Of a stretch of 64,000 nucleotides of DNA, positions 51,116 to 64,000 are shown in pieces. Below the pieces are notes generated by a model. That model saw nothing but the letters and a program-made list of their open reading frames with translations. It made no database searches and had not been told where the DNA came from. The stretch spans positions 107,572,001 through 107,636,000 of the forward strand of contig NC_086108.1 of assembly GCF_963921235.1 (NCBI RefSeq), given 5' to 3'. The position numbers and the translations under genes are program-made. This DNA is from Mobula hypostoma. Its lineage: Eukaryota. Each line of letters starts with the position of its first letter. The first letter of the stretch is position 1.

Positions 51116-53147
51116 GGTTTATTTTATCCTGTACCTCCTGCCTGATCATCGTAGAGAGAAAGGAGTATTACCTCGACAATAGAGGTTCTTGATGATGGAT
51201 AAACACGAGAGATTCTACAGATGCTGGAAATTCAGAACAACATACAGCAAATGCTGGAGGAACTCAACGGGTCAGGAAGCATCTATGGATAGGAATATAG
51301 AGTTGACATATTCAGCTGAGACCCTTCATCAGGACAGGAAAGGAAGGAGTACGAAACCAGAATAAGAAGAAAGGGAGAGGGGAATGGAAGGAGTACAAGC
51401 TGGCAGGTGATACGTGAAGCCAGGTAAGTGGGTAGGGGAGGAGTCATGAAGTGAGAAGCTGGGGGGGGGGCGCGGTGACGGGGTGATAGGTGGAAAAGGT
51501 TCAGAAGAAGGTATCTGATTGAAGAGGACGGTGGACCATGGGAGAAAGTTAAGGAGGACGAATACACTGTATCAGGTTTCAACTCAAAGTATCAACAGTT
51601 TCTTCCCTACCAGAGATGCTGCTGAGTCCTTCCAGCTGCCAGTTCCAGCAACTGTCTCTTTGACAAATTGGAAAAGTAGTCGCACATCTTTCTACTTTTA
51701 GGAACTCCAGACATCCATAAACACTGGGAAAAAAAAATCTGCAACGTCCAGAGAAACAAGGTGATGAATAATTAAAAGCCTGTTATTAATGAACTTCCAG
51801 CCGTTATGTAAATGAAACTGGCTTCAAGACTAATTTGTCAGCTTCAATTCCTTCTCTGTTCTGCTGTTGTCTGAGACAAGTGCTTGTCATAATGGACTTG
51901 ATCATGAAATACTGCCAGTCTTTCTGTGTAATAGGCCCAGGCTCCCAGCTCGAGTTACCCAATACTGTTGGACTGGGAAATGTGTCTCTCAAGACATTCC
52001 ACCATCAGCTATATTTAGCATGCAGTCTTGTGATGCTGCATGTTTTTTTTATATACATCAGCAAGGAACGTTGCCAGTAATTGACAATTAGGCTGGCCGC
52101 TGTCCTGGTTTTCGAGTGTTGAATGAAGGGGTTGTCGGTAACACAAGTTCTGCCTGTTCCGGCTCTTTGGAATAGTTCATCCCGATCTGTGCCACCCCAA
52201 AGGATTCTTGAGTGCAGCGTGGAGGTGGGGTGGGCTTGCAAGAGTAGGAAAAGTGTTGGGGGTCTTGGGGACAATGGTTGCTAACAGAGTCTGAATCCAA
52301 AGCTTTTTTACTTTGAATCATTCTGTTTATTCCAGGAGTCATAAGGGTTATTTATTTATTTAGAGATACAGCACTGTACAGGCCCTTCTGGCCCGATGAA
52401 CTGCACCACCCATACTAGCCTAATCACAAGAAAGTGTACAATAACCGCTACATATCTGGACTGTGGGAGGAAACTGGAGCACCAAGAGGAAACCCACACA
52501 TATCACAGAACGTAGATGGCATCAGAATTGAACTCTGAACTCTGATGACACGAGCTGTAACCACTATGCTGCCATGGCACCAGATATGTCGTTCTGTGTA
52601 CGTTGATTATTCTGTAGATATTTCTTGCGCTGTACATCCACTATAAAACTCCTGGAAGTCTGCGGCCCCGGTAGATGAAGGTGATTGACTAGAACTGGAG
52701 GTCATAGGTTCAGGGTGAAAGGTTGAAATGCTATGTTGGCACCTGAATGTGTGGTATCATTTGCGGGCTGCTCCCAGCACATCCTTTGGTTTGGGCAGGT
52801 TGTTGTTGGTGCATTTCACCGCATGTTGCAATGTGATAAGTGAACCTGGGAGGGGACATATTTAAGGGGAATCTGAGAGGGAGTCTTTTCACTCAGAGAG
52901 TGGTGTGAGTGTGGAGCGAGCTGCCAGCAGAAGACGTGGATATGGCGTCAGTTGGAACTGTGACTCATTGTAGCAGATGGCTGTGGAAGCCAAGTCATTG
53001 GGTACATTTAAAGTGGTGGTTAAAAGGTTCTTGATTAGTAAGGGTGCCAAAGGTTACAGGAAGAAGGTAGGAGAACGGGGATAATAAATCAGCTATGATG
53101 GAATGGTAGGCTGAATGGCCCAATTTTGCTCTATGTCTTATGTTCCA

Positions 53148-53492
53148 TAGATTAGATTAGATTCAACTTTATTGTCATTGTGCCGAGTACAGATATAAAG
53201 CCAGTGAAATGCAGTTAGCATCTGACCAGAAATGCAAAGAGTAGTATTACTTACAAAATAACTGCGAATAAAAAAAATGCTACAGCACACAAATATAAAA
53301 GTACTGAGACAGTACAATACGGATGCAATACTGCTTAGCGCTGTGATGTGAGGTTCAGCAGGGTCACAGCCTCAGGGAAGAAGCTCTTCCTGTGCCTGCT
53401 GGTGCGGGAGCGGAGGCTCCTGTAGCGCCTACCGGATGGGAGGAGAGTAAAAAGTCCATAGTTAGGGTGAGATGCATCCCTGATAATGCTTG
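53148..53492 (-). mobile_element. Young Rex1/Babar 3' end with (TCTAA)n tail
   Basis: ORF 53335-53547 (LFTLLPSGRRYRSLRSRTSR..SFFPEAV). Confidence 0.8.
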
Positions 53493-53501
53493 ATATACAT
53501 A

Positions 53502-53997
53502 CAGTGCATATAGCTAGGGTGCCTAAGACTTTTGTACAGAACTGCATTTGTCAGTGTAGAGCGGGGAGTAAGTTTGTAAATCTGCTGGGAGCGTAGGAGC
53601 AAAGGACGTTGGGAATGGTGATGGTGGAGTGCCACAGGAAGGATGTGGGGCAGGTCACAGAGGAGGGGTGCCAGGGGCAGGAGGTGGTGCAGGTGCAGAC
53701 ACACCCAGCCCTGAGAAACCAGTCAAGGTCATTTGATTCCAAACGATTAGTTTATTGATCATTGCAGACTGCCTCTCTGGTGCTTTCTGCTCCCTCCTTC
53801 CTCCTTCCTCCTTTCCCCTTTTCCCAAGCATGATTCCCGTCTCCCTGCCCCCTTCCCACTCTCAGTCCACAACAGAGACCCATATCAGAATCAGGTTTAT
53901 CATCACTCACGTATGTCATGAAATTTGATTTTTTTTTTGCAGCAGTAGAGTGAAATACTACAGGACTGTGTAAAGGTCTATATATATATATGGACTG
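53502..53997. mobile_element. Composite MITE-cargo-MITE unit, second copy (inverted)
   Basis: Reverse-complement homology to 27102-27626, with MITE remnants at both ends and flanking TA. Confidence 0.65.
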
Positions 53998-54595
53998 TAT
54001 ATGGATGGGAGTGGTAGGGAAGGCCATGATCTGGGTCCAGGAAGATGGGACTAGGTAGAAGACCAGGCTGGCACAGACTAGATAGGCCAATGGGCCTATA
54101 TCAATGACTCTAAGGCAATAACCTTGCATGTGTAATGCTAGATTGATGGAAGGATTGATTTTATTTTGTTTTTGCAGTTTGCCTTCTTTTGCACACTAGT
54201 TTTTTGTCAGTATTTGTGAGTAGTTTTTCATTGATCCCATTGTTTTTGTTCTATTGTGAATGCCTGCGAGAAATTGAATCTCAGGATAGTATGTGGGGAC
54301 TTTGATAATAAATTTACTTTGAACTATCTATAAATAATCTACAGCATTTTCAATATACCCAGAGTTACTTCTCTTCAAATATATTGACTGTAACAAGCTT
54401 TACTGCTTCCTGAAGTGGTGAATGGGGCCAAAGTAAATGCAAATCTTTTCTTTTTATTGATAAGCCATTGAGTTTCAAGTGAAGAATTTGTAAAGTGCAG
54501 GGAGCAGCTTTATTCCCAGTCTGGGAACATCTTACTTCTAGGATTTGAAGATTATTTCCCTTGACAATACTCTGGATCAGAATCAGGTTTATTCA

Positions 54596-54903
54596 GGGGC
54601 GCCACGGTAGCGAGGCAGTTAGCGCAACGCTATTACAGCTCAGGGGCACCGGAGTTCGGAGTTCAATTCCAGTGCTGCCTGTACGGATTTTGGATGTTCT
54701 TCCCCCGAGCGCATGGGTTTCCTCCGGGTACTCTGTTTTTTATTGACAGTTCAAAGATATACCGGTTAGCTGGTTAACAGATCACTGTAAACTGTTCTGT
54801 GATTAGGCTAGAGTTAAGTGTAAGTGGGTTGCTGGGCGGCACAACTGGTTGTACAGGAAGTGCCTGTTCTGTGCAGTATCTCTAAATAAGTAAATAAATA
54901 AAT
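54596..54903 (+). mobile_element. V-SINE-like element (full length)
   Basis: tRNA-like head, V domain, (TAAA)n tail; other copies at about 45130-45330(-), 52348-52582(-), 55538-55820(+), 56549-56816(-), 59131-59412(+) and 61790-62092(-). Confidence 0.75.
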
Positions 54904-57900
54904 GCTGACATACATTGTGAAAATTGTTGTTTTGTAGCAGCAGAAGATAGAAATGACTAAATGTTTCAAAAATAATTAAAGAGTGCAAAAAAGGAATGAT
55001 AAGGTAGCGCTTATGGGTTCATTGACCATTCAGAAATCTGAAGACAGATGGGAGGAAACTGCGTCTAAATCATTGATTATGTGCCTTCAGGCTACTGTAC
55101 TTCCTCGCTGACGGTAGCCGTGAGAAGAGAGCATGTTCCGGGTGATCAGGGTCCTTTCTGGTTACTTACGCTTTCTTGAGGAACCACCTTGAGAAGATGT
55201 CCTCAGTAGTGGGTAGGCTTGTGTTCGAGTCGGACCCAGTCTGCAACCCTCTGCAGCCTCATGCGATCCTGTGCATTGGAGCCTCCACACTATTCTGGAG
55301 GGAGCATGATAAGTGCATTCCTGACCAAGCCACATTTGCACTCTCTAACCCATAGCACTAAGTCAGCCCCTTCACTGGAAGTACTGCACCAGTTCAGGAA
55401 GGTGCCTCACCACCTTCTACAGGGAAGTTGTGCTGGCCTTCCAGTAATGCTCGCATCTCCAAAAAAAAATTAAAAATTATGATGATAGAAACTTATTTTA
55501 ATTTCATCAGACACTCCTTCATATATTCATACATTGAGGTGCCAGGGTAGCATGGAGATTAGTGCTGCACTATTTCAGCTTGGTGTGTCGGAGTACAATT
55601 CTGGTGCCCTCTGTAAGTCCTTCCCATGAATGTGTGCGTTTCCTCTGGGAGCTCTGGTTTCCTCCTACGGTCTAAAGACGTACCAGTTAGCAGATTAATT
55701 GCTAAATTGTCCTGTGATTAGGCTGGAGTTAAATTGGGGGTTGCTGATTGTACAGTTCAAAGGGCCAGAGTGGCCTATTCAACACCGTATCTCAAAATAA
55801 AATAGACATGAAAATAAATATTCAAGTGGTGTGAAAAATAAGAAGCTTTTAGAAAAATACAAAAGCAATCATGCAGATTTTACTGGAAAATTCACTGAAT
55901 AGCTACATGTATATGGGTGGTTGTATAAAAATTACAAGCAAGCACAGGAAGGTTCAAATAACAATTTGATAGCCCAGTCTAACAGCAGAACCAACCACGG
56001 TTCCAGCTTGAAGTCTACCCATTCCTGGGAGAGGTTCTACCCATTGGGGAGAAGGCAGGAAAATGGGGTTGATAGGGATAATAAATCAGCCCTGATGGAT
56101 TAGCAGAGCAGACTTGATGGACCAAATTGCCTAGGTCTTAGGTTCTAAGAGGCCTGGCAGAGCACGCAATACATGTGGTACTCACCGATTCTGGTAATTT
56201 TGCATTTTACAAGTCAAGAAGTTATTTAATATTTTATTAATAAAACAGAAAGCCATAGCAAATAATTTAAGCTCAGTATAGGGCACACGACCAACAGCAG
56301 AATGTGGAATGTATAAATTCATCACATTTATATAATCAGACAAGCTACGCTACCTTACTCCTGCAGTAATTGTGATGAGTGTAAAGTAGAAACTATTAGA
56401 CGTATTTTGCCACAGAGAATGGCTGAATTATGACTGCCAGCTCTCGAAGAATACATTCCTAGAGTTTTTTTAAAAATAAATCACACTTCCTTCCAGATCC
56501 AACTTCCCCACTAGTAAAATGGCTGGCATCCAATGTTTTTACAACTAATATTTATTATTACTTAGAGCAGAATAGGCCCTGCCTGCCCAACAAGCCACCT
56601 ATTTAACACTAGCTAAATCAGAGGACAATTTACAATGACCAATTAATCTGCTAATTGGTATGTCATTGGACTGTTGGAGAAACTAGAGCACCTGAAGGAA
56701 ATCCATGCATTCCACGGGGAGGACATAATAACTCCTTAGAGGGGATACCGGGATTCTGAACTCTGGTGCCTGAGCTGTAATAGCATTGCGCTAACAGCTA
56801 CATTACTGTGGCACCCGAAGGTTAATTATTAACATTTATGTTCATGCCTACACCATTCCAATAACTCTGTGGTTTGATGTTTTGTACTCTGTGTTTCTCG
56901 CCCTGTTTTTTGCTGTTTGCATGATTTGTTCTTTTTTTTTTGCGTGTTGGGTGTTTGATTTTTTTTCTTTGAACGAGTTTCATGGTTTTTTTTGTTTTGT
57001 GGCCGTCTGTGTGAAGACGAATCTCAGGGTTGTATATTACGTTCATACTTTGATCACATATGTTCTTTGAATCTTAATTGTTAGAATTTTAAAACATAGA
57101 ATATAGAACAAGATATAGGCCTGATGAAGGGTCTTGGCCCAAAACATCTACTGTTTATACACCTCCACAGATGCTGCCTGACCTTCTGAGTTCCTCCAAC
57201 ATTTCGTGTGTGTTACTCTGGCTTTCCAGCATCTGCAGAATCTCTTGTGTTTATAACCCATCTCTCTATGTACTTTTCCCCTTTCACATTAAACCTACAG
57301 TATGCCCTGTAGTTGTAGACTCTCCTACCCTGGGAAAAGAATGTTCATTCACCTCATAGTTTTATAAATCTCTATAAGGTCATCCCTTAGGCTTCTTTAC
57401 TGTTGTGAGAACAATCACAGTCTAGCCAATCTCTTTTTATAATTCAAGACCTCCTGTTCTAGCAAAGTTCCTATGAATATTTTCGGCACCTTCTCAAAGT
57501 CAAAGTAAAACTAATGATCAAATGTTCAATATTGTAATTTATTTCGTTATTTTATTTTATTTAGAGATATAGCACAGATCAGGCCCTTCAGGCCTACCGA
57601 GCCATGTCAACCAGCAACTCACCGATTTAACCCTCGCTTAATCAAAAGACAATTTACAATGACCAATTAACCTACTACTGAGAACATGAATTATAGGGTC
57701 CTTGAAAGTGAGCCCATGGGTTGTGGGAACGGTTCAGTGTTGGGGTAAGTGAAGTTATCCTGACGGGTGAGGGGTAATAACTGTTGGTAAACCTGGTGGT
57801 GTGCGCCCTGAGGTTCCTATACCTCCTTCATGATGGCAGCAGTGAGAAGAGAGCATGGTCTGGATGGTGGGGTTCCCTGATGATGGATGTTAATTTCCTG

Positions 57901-59412
57901 TGTCGGCGCTGCAATTGCGAGGTGCTCAATGGTGAGGAAGGATTTTCAAATAGCAATGACTGACAATCAACCCGTGTGCAAAAGAAACTACGTTTGTGCA
58001 AATAATTAAACAAATAAATAGATAACACTGAGAACATGAATTGTAGAGTCCTTAAGAGTGAGTCTGTAGGTTGTGGAATCAGTGCAGTGTTGAGGTGAGT
58101 GAAGTTAACCACACTGGTTCAGGAGCCTGATGGTTGATGGGAAATAACTGTATCAGGGGTAATAATTTATTTTTGTTTTGTTCAGCTCTTACAGAAGTGG
58201 TGAAAACTGAATCAGTAGGAGGGGAATCTGATGAACTCCGGTGAGAGTAACTTACAGGGTATTGAGCAGAGAACGGGGTTGCGGAATTGATGGTGTGGCA
58301 TAGATTCAATGGGCAGAGGACATACAACAATAGAGCACGGGATTCCAGTTCATTCAGTTATCACATATACATTGACACAAACAGTGAAATGCGTCGTTTG
58401 CATTAATAATAAACACAACCTAAGGATGTGCTGGAGCCAAACATTCCAGCACCAAACTAGCTTGCTCACCACGTTCAGCAGAACAACACAGGCAACAACA
58501 ACAAGAAAATAAGCCCCCTTTCCCCCACCCTCTCACACGCACAGTCAGGCCTCCAACCCCAGGACAGGCCGCCTTCGGGCCTCTGTCCATCTGTCCTTCT
58601 TCAAACTGGACATCAGACTCAGAATCTGGCCTCCAATCTCCAATCCCTGGCCCAGACTCACAGACCTCCAACCACCAGACATGCCGACCCAGGGGCTTCG
58701 ACCTTCCGGCCTCGACCTCTGGACTCATCACCTCCTATGATCAAGTTTCAGGCTTCAACCTCTGGACTCATTGATCTGCATTTTCAGCTTTCAGGCTTTG
58801 ACCTCCGGTCTTGCCATTGGACCACAATATCTGAGCTGAACGCAATCCCAGATTACTGGTTACTGTCTACCTGTGTCGTGTTTTACCAATGTGCATATTG
58901 AATTTATATTTTAGTAACTCATTTATAGTATCATATTTTGGTTTACGTGCTTTGTGTGATCTATGCTTTGTTGGCGCACTGTGATCCAGAGGAACAGGGT
59001 CTCATTTGGTTGTTCATATGTACAGTCAGGTTAGTAAACTTGAAATTGAACTTGAAATTAAACAGAATATCTTCTACCTTCATATGCTTCCCTCTGCCGC
59101 AAATTCACGCACCTATCTTAAAAGCCTATTGGGTCCGACATGGTAACATCACAATTAGTGTAACACTATTACAGCGCCAGTGACCCGGTTTCAATTCCTA
59201 CCGCTGTCTGTAAGGAGTTTTTACTTTCTCACCGTGACCGTGTGGGTTCCCTGCAGGTGCTCTGGCTTCCTCCCACATCCCAAAGATGTAAGGGTCTATA
59301 TATTAATTGGTCCCAATGTGTAACTGGACAGCATAGACTCAAAGGGCCGGAATGGCCTGTTACAGTGCTGTATTTCTAAATAAAACAAATAAAACCACTA
59401 AAAATAAATAAA

Positions 59413-60005
59413 CATAGTCATAGTCATACTTTATTGATCCCAAGGGAAATTGGTTTTCGTTACAGTTGCACCTTAAATAATTAAATAGTGATAAAACCAT
59501 AAATAATTAAATAGTAATATGTAAATTATGCCAGTAAATTATGAAGTAAGTCCAGGACCAGTCTATTGGTTCAAGGTGTCTGACCCTCCAAGGGAGGAGT
59601 TGTAAAGTTTGATGGCCACAGGCAGGAATGACTTCCTGTGACACTCAGTGCTGCATTTCGGTGGAATGAGTCTCTGGCTGAATGTACTCCTGTGCCCAAC
59701 CAGACCATTATATAGTGGATGGGAGACATTGTCCAAGATGGCATGCAACTTGGACAGAATCCTCTTTTCAGACACCACCGTGGGAGAGTCCAGTTCCATT
59801 CCCACAACATCACTGGCGTTACGAATGAGTCTGTTGATTCTGTTGGTGTCTGTTACCCTCAACCTGCTGCCCTAGCACACAACAGAAAACATGATAGCAC
59901 TGGCCACCACAAACTCATAGAACATCCTCAGCATCGTCCGACAGATGTTAAAGGACCTCAGTCTCCTCAGGAAATAGAGACGGCGCTGACCCTTCTTGTA
60001 GACAG
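59413..60005 (-). mobile_element. Rex1/Babar-like 3' end, distinct subfamily
   Basis: ORF 59563-59862 (ILDNVSHPLY, RKSFLPVAIKLYN) and a (TGACTA)n tail. Confidence 0.8.
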
Positions 60006-60377
60006 CCTACAACATCATATCATACCTGCTTCCACCACCTCTGCTGGCAACCTGTTCCAGCCACCCACCACTCTGTGTGTGAAAAACACAACTTACCCTA
60101 CGTAGTTCAAACTCTTCTTCTTTATAATGGGTTCTTTTGGGTTTCTTTGTTTTGAGGCTGCCTGTAAGGAGGCGTGTCTCAAGGTTCTATATTGTACAAA
60201 TATTTTGATAATAAACGTACTTTGAATTTTGAATTCTGAATTCATATTCAGGTTTACTTCTTACAAATTTGTTGAACCATACAGTGAAATGCGTCATTTG
60301 CATTAACAGCCAACACAACTTCGGGATCTGCTGAGGGAAGCCACATAGTACGGCAACAACATAGCATGCCCACCTCC

Positions 60378-61725
60378 ATTGCTATTTAAGAAGGGTGAGA
60401 GGCAGCAGAAAGGAAACTATAGACCTGTTAGCCTGATATCAGTGGTTGGGAAGTTGTTGGAATCGATTGTTAGGGTTGAGATTACGGAGTACCTGGAGGC
60501 ACATGACAAGATAGGCCAAAGCCAGCATGGTTTCCTGAAAGGAAATTCCTGCCTGACTAACCTACTGCAATTTTTTGAAGAAATTACAAGTAGAGTAGAC
60601 AAAGGAGATGCAGTGGATGTGGTGTACTTGGATTTTCAGATAGCCTTTGACAAGGTACCACACATGAGGCTGCTTAACAAGATAAGAGCCCATGGAATTA
60701 CAGGAGAGTTACCAGCATGGGTGGAGCATTGGCTGATCGGCAGAAAACAGAGAGTGGGAATAAAGGGATCCTATTCTGGCTGGCTGCCGGTTACCAGTGG
60801 AGTTCCACAGGGGTCAGTGTTGGGACCACTGCTTTTTACGATGTACAGTATGTTAATAATTTGGACTATGGGATTAATGGATTTGTGGCTAAATTTGCCG
60901 ATGATACAAAGATAGATGGAGGAGTGGTTACTATTGAGGAAACAGAGCCTGCAGAGAGACTTAGATAGTTTAGGGGAATGGGCAAAGAAATGGCAAACGA
61001 AATACAATGTTGGAAAGTATATGGTCATGCCTTTGGTGGAAGAAATAAATGGGGAGACTATTATTTAGATGGGGAGAGAATTCAAAATGCAGAGCTGCAA
61101 AGGGACTTGGGAGTCCTTGTGCAGGATACCCTAAAGGTTAACCTCCAGGTTGAGTCGGTGGTGAAGAAGGTGAATGCAATGTTGGCATTCATTTCTAGAA
61201 TTATAGCATATAAGAGCAGGGATGTGATGTTGAGGCTCTACAAGGCACTTGTAAGACCACACTTGGAGTATTGTATGCAGTTTTGGTCTCCTTATTTTAG
61301 AAAAGATATACTAACATTGGAGAGGGTTCAGAGAAGTTTCACGAGAATGATTCCAGGAAAGAAAGGGTTACCTAATGAGGAACATCTGGCAGCTCTTGGG
61401 CTGTATTCCCTGGAGTTCAGGAGAATGAGGGGGGATCTCATAGAAACATTTCAAATGTTAAAAGGCCTGAACAGATATGATATGGCAAAGTTATTTCCCA
61501 TGGTAAGGAAGTTTAGGACAAGTGGGCACGACTTCAGGATTGAAGGACATCCATTTAGAACAGAGATGCAGAGAAATAACTTTAGTCAGAGGGTGGTAAA
61601 TCTGTGGAATTTGTTGCCACGAGTGGCTGTGGAGGCCAAGTTATTGGGTGCATTTAAAGCAGAGATAGATAGATTCTTGATTAGCCAGGGTATCAAAGGG
61701 CATGGAGAGAAGGCAGGGGAGTTTG
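60378..61725 (+). mobile_element. CR1 LINE RT and C-terminus, frameshifted
   Basis: ORFs 60379-60915 (NYRPVSL, QHGFLKG, YLDFQIAFDKVPH, SGVPQGSVLGPLLF), 60717-60968 (AKFADDTK) and 60978-61913. Confidence 0.95.
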
Positions 61726-62696
61726 GATGCCTGGAAGGGTTCTATGGACCCCAGGTTGGGAACCCCTGCTTTAAACATTTCTCCTTTTACCTATTTATTT
61801 ATTTAGAAATACAAGTGCAGAACAAGCTCTTCTGGTCCTTTGAACTGCACCGCCCAGCAACCCACCTCTTTAATCCTAGGTTAATCACTGGACAATTTAC
61901 ACTGACCATTTAACCTACTAACTAGTAATGTCTTTGGACTCTGAGAGGAAACCGGAGCACCTGGAAGAAACCCATACGCACACGGGAAGCAATGTACGAA
62001 CTTGCTAACAGACAACACTGGAATTGAACTCTGAATTCTTAAGCCCAAAGCTGTAATATCATTGCGCTAACTACTGTGCTACCATGGTGCCCTAACCTAA
62101 AAGCATTACCCTCTCGTACTTGACCTTTCTACCCTGAGGAATAGATTCTGACTATCTGTCTCCTGCAAAAACCATTGCAATTCTACACTGTCAGACTCAG
62201 GGGTGTGGGGCATTTGAACTAATAACTGACAGCAAGGTGAAGGCGTTAATATTTAATCAGAAATGCAATACAACCACTTTCCACCTCACAGATGCTTTGT
62301 GCAAGAATGGCCAAGCCACAAGCAGTGAGAACCATGCAGTGAGGCAGATTGTCTTGGTCGCTAAGTTGCAGGAAGTGTACCTTAAATCAAACCAATTTAG
62401 ACTTCCTGAAACCACTAGACATCAGAGTCAGGAAAGCAATTTGGGCTCTGACAGAGGCTCAGGATCAGTTTCTGCTGTTATGTCGTTGTGAAGAAAGAGG
62501 CCTGGTAAAATATCGGGTCGGTGATGCGATGAAAAAAATCAGTGCTATGATTCCAGTTCCTGAACATTGTACCTCCCCAGGCTGAACAGAACAGTGACAA
62601 GTTTCTAATTTCATAAAGCCAGAAATAATGAACATCAGGTCAAGCAGTGCCCATTCAAAGTTCAAAGTAAATTTATTATCGAAGTTTGTGTATGTT

Positions 62697-63005
62697 GTGG
62701 GCACGTTGCCAAGTGGTTAAGGCATTCGGCTAGTGATCTGAAGGTCGTGAGTTCGAGCCCCAGCCAAGGCAGCGTGTTGTGTCTTTGAGCAAGGCACTTA
62801 ATCACACAGTGCTCTGCGACGACACTGGTGCCAAGCTGTATCGGCCCTTGCCCTTCCCTTGGACAACATCACTGTCGTGGAGAGGGGAGACCTGCAGCAT
62901 GGGCAACTGCTGGTCTTCCATACAACCTTGCCCAGGCCTGCGCCCTGGAGAGTGAAGACTTTCCAGGTGCAGATCCATTGTCTTGCAAGACTAGCAGATG
63001 CCTTA
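62697..63005 (+). mobile_element. tRNA-derived CORE-SINE (copy 3) with 11-bp TSD
   Basis: TTGTGTATGTT at 62686-62696 and 63006-63016; B box GTTCGAGCC. Confidence 0.9.
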
Positions 63006-64000
63006 TTGTGTATGTTAACATATACTAAACTGAGATACGTTTTCTTGAAGGCGTACACAGGAAAATAAAGAAATACAGTAGAGTTTATGAAAAACTATAC
63101 ATAACAAAACCTGGCAAACATCCAATTTGCAAAAGAGGACAAATTATGTCAATAATAAATAAAAATGTAAGTAAGTAAAATTGAGAACATGGGTTGAATG
63201 CTCCTTGAAAGGTAATGTTGTCATCAGGTAGAAGGCACAGGACCCTCACGACTCATACCACCAGGTTCAGGAACAGTGATTAAACCTCAACCATCTGGCT
63301 CTTGAACCAAAGGGGATAACTTCACTCAACTTCACTTGCCCTGTCATTGAAATGTACCTACAACCAATGGACTCACTTTCAAAAACTCCTCATCACATGT
63401 TCTTGATATGAATGTTTTATTTATTATATTATTTCTTATTTTTTGTATTTGCACAGTTTATTGTCTCCTGCACTCTAACTGAATGCCCAAGTTGGTGGTC
63501 ATTCATCGATTCTGTCGTGGTTATTAATCTGTAGGTTCACTGAGTATGCCATAAGGAAAGGAATCTCAGGGTTGTATATGGTGACATACATGTATTTTGA
63601 TTAAAAAAAATTATTTTGACCTTTGTGAAATCAGCTCAGAGTTGAAGTGAGTGAAGTTATCCATGCTGGTTCAGGAGCCTGATGGTTGTAGGGAGCTAAG
63701 GCTCCTGTACCTCTCTCTGACACAGTATTTCTAGTGCGATCACTCGAGTCAAGTATGATGTTCTCCTTAGGAGCTGTCTATTGGTGGGTCCTCAGGTGGC
63801 TGTAGAGGCCAGTCTGGGATCTACATAACAGGATGTTGGGGTGGATTTCCTTTGCGGAGAACACTGTGGATCACTCTGTTTAACGTGGGGAGGCTGATGC
63901 ATAGGCAACCATCACATGGTCCTTGACAGATTGGGATCAGGGTCTAATGGCTTAGAAACATAGAAACATAGAAAATAGCTGCAGGAGTAGGCCATTCGGC

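Noticed and set aside
58600..58815. CRISPR-like array of short repeats
   Set aside because: These are irregular degenerate GACCTC(T/C)GG units within a eukaryotic repeat, with no constant spacer length and no cas genes.
60379..61913. Intact reverse transcriptase gene
   Set aside because: It is a 5'-truncated CR1 split over three frames, with no endonuclease or ORF1.

Overview
This is eukaryotic, repeat-saturated vertebrate DNA. The repeat set (CR1, Rex1/Babar, RTE, V-SINEs, Penelope-like elements, Tc1-like elements) suggests a cartilaginous fish such as a shark or ray; that assignment is inference. I found no intact host protein-coding gene, and the ORFs I could assign are retroelement debris. 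Five things stand out. (1) A decayed Ty3/gypsy LTR element (about 28205-31632) whose RT-RNaseH-integrase region is replaced by an intronless RBM25 copy, in frame with the protease. (2) Many Penelope-like element (PLE) ends carrying minimal type I hammerhead ribozymes from two families, four with intact cores; several are short TSD-flanked inserts, some internally inverted. (3) A CORE-SINE and an RTE-derived element that share a structured RNA module with HDV-like helix order. (4) An old inverted duplication of about 750 bp (37645-38388 vs 50371-51115). (5) A composite MITE-cargo-MITE unit present twice. All alignments and folds were done by eye, and repeat boundaries are approximate unless a TSD is given.
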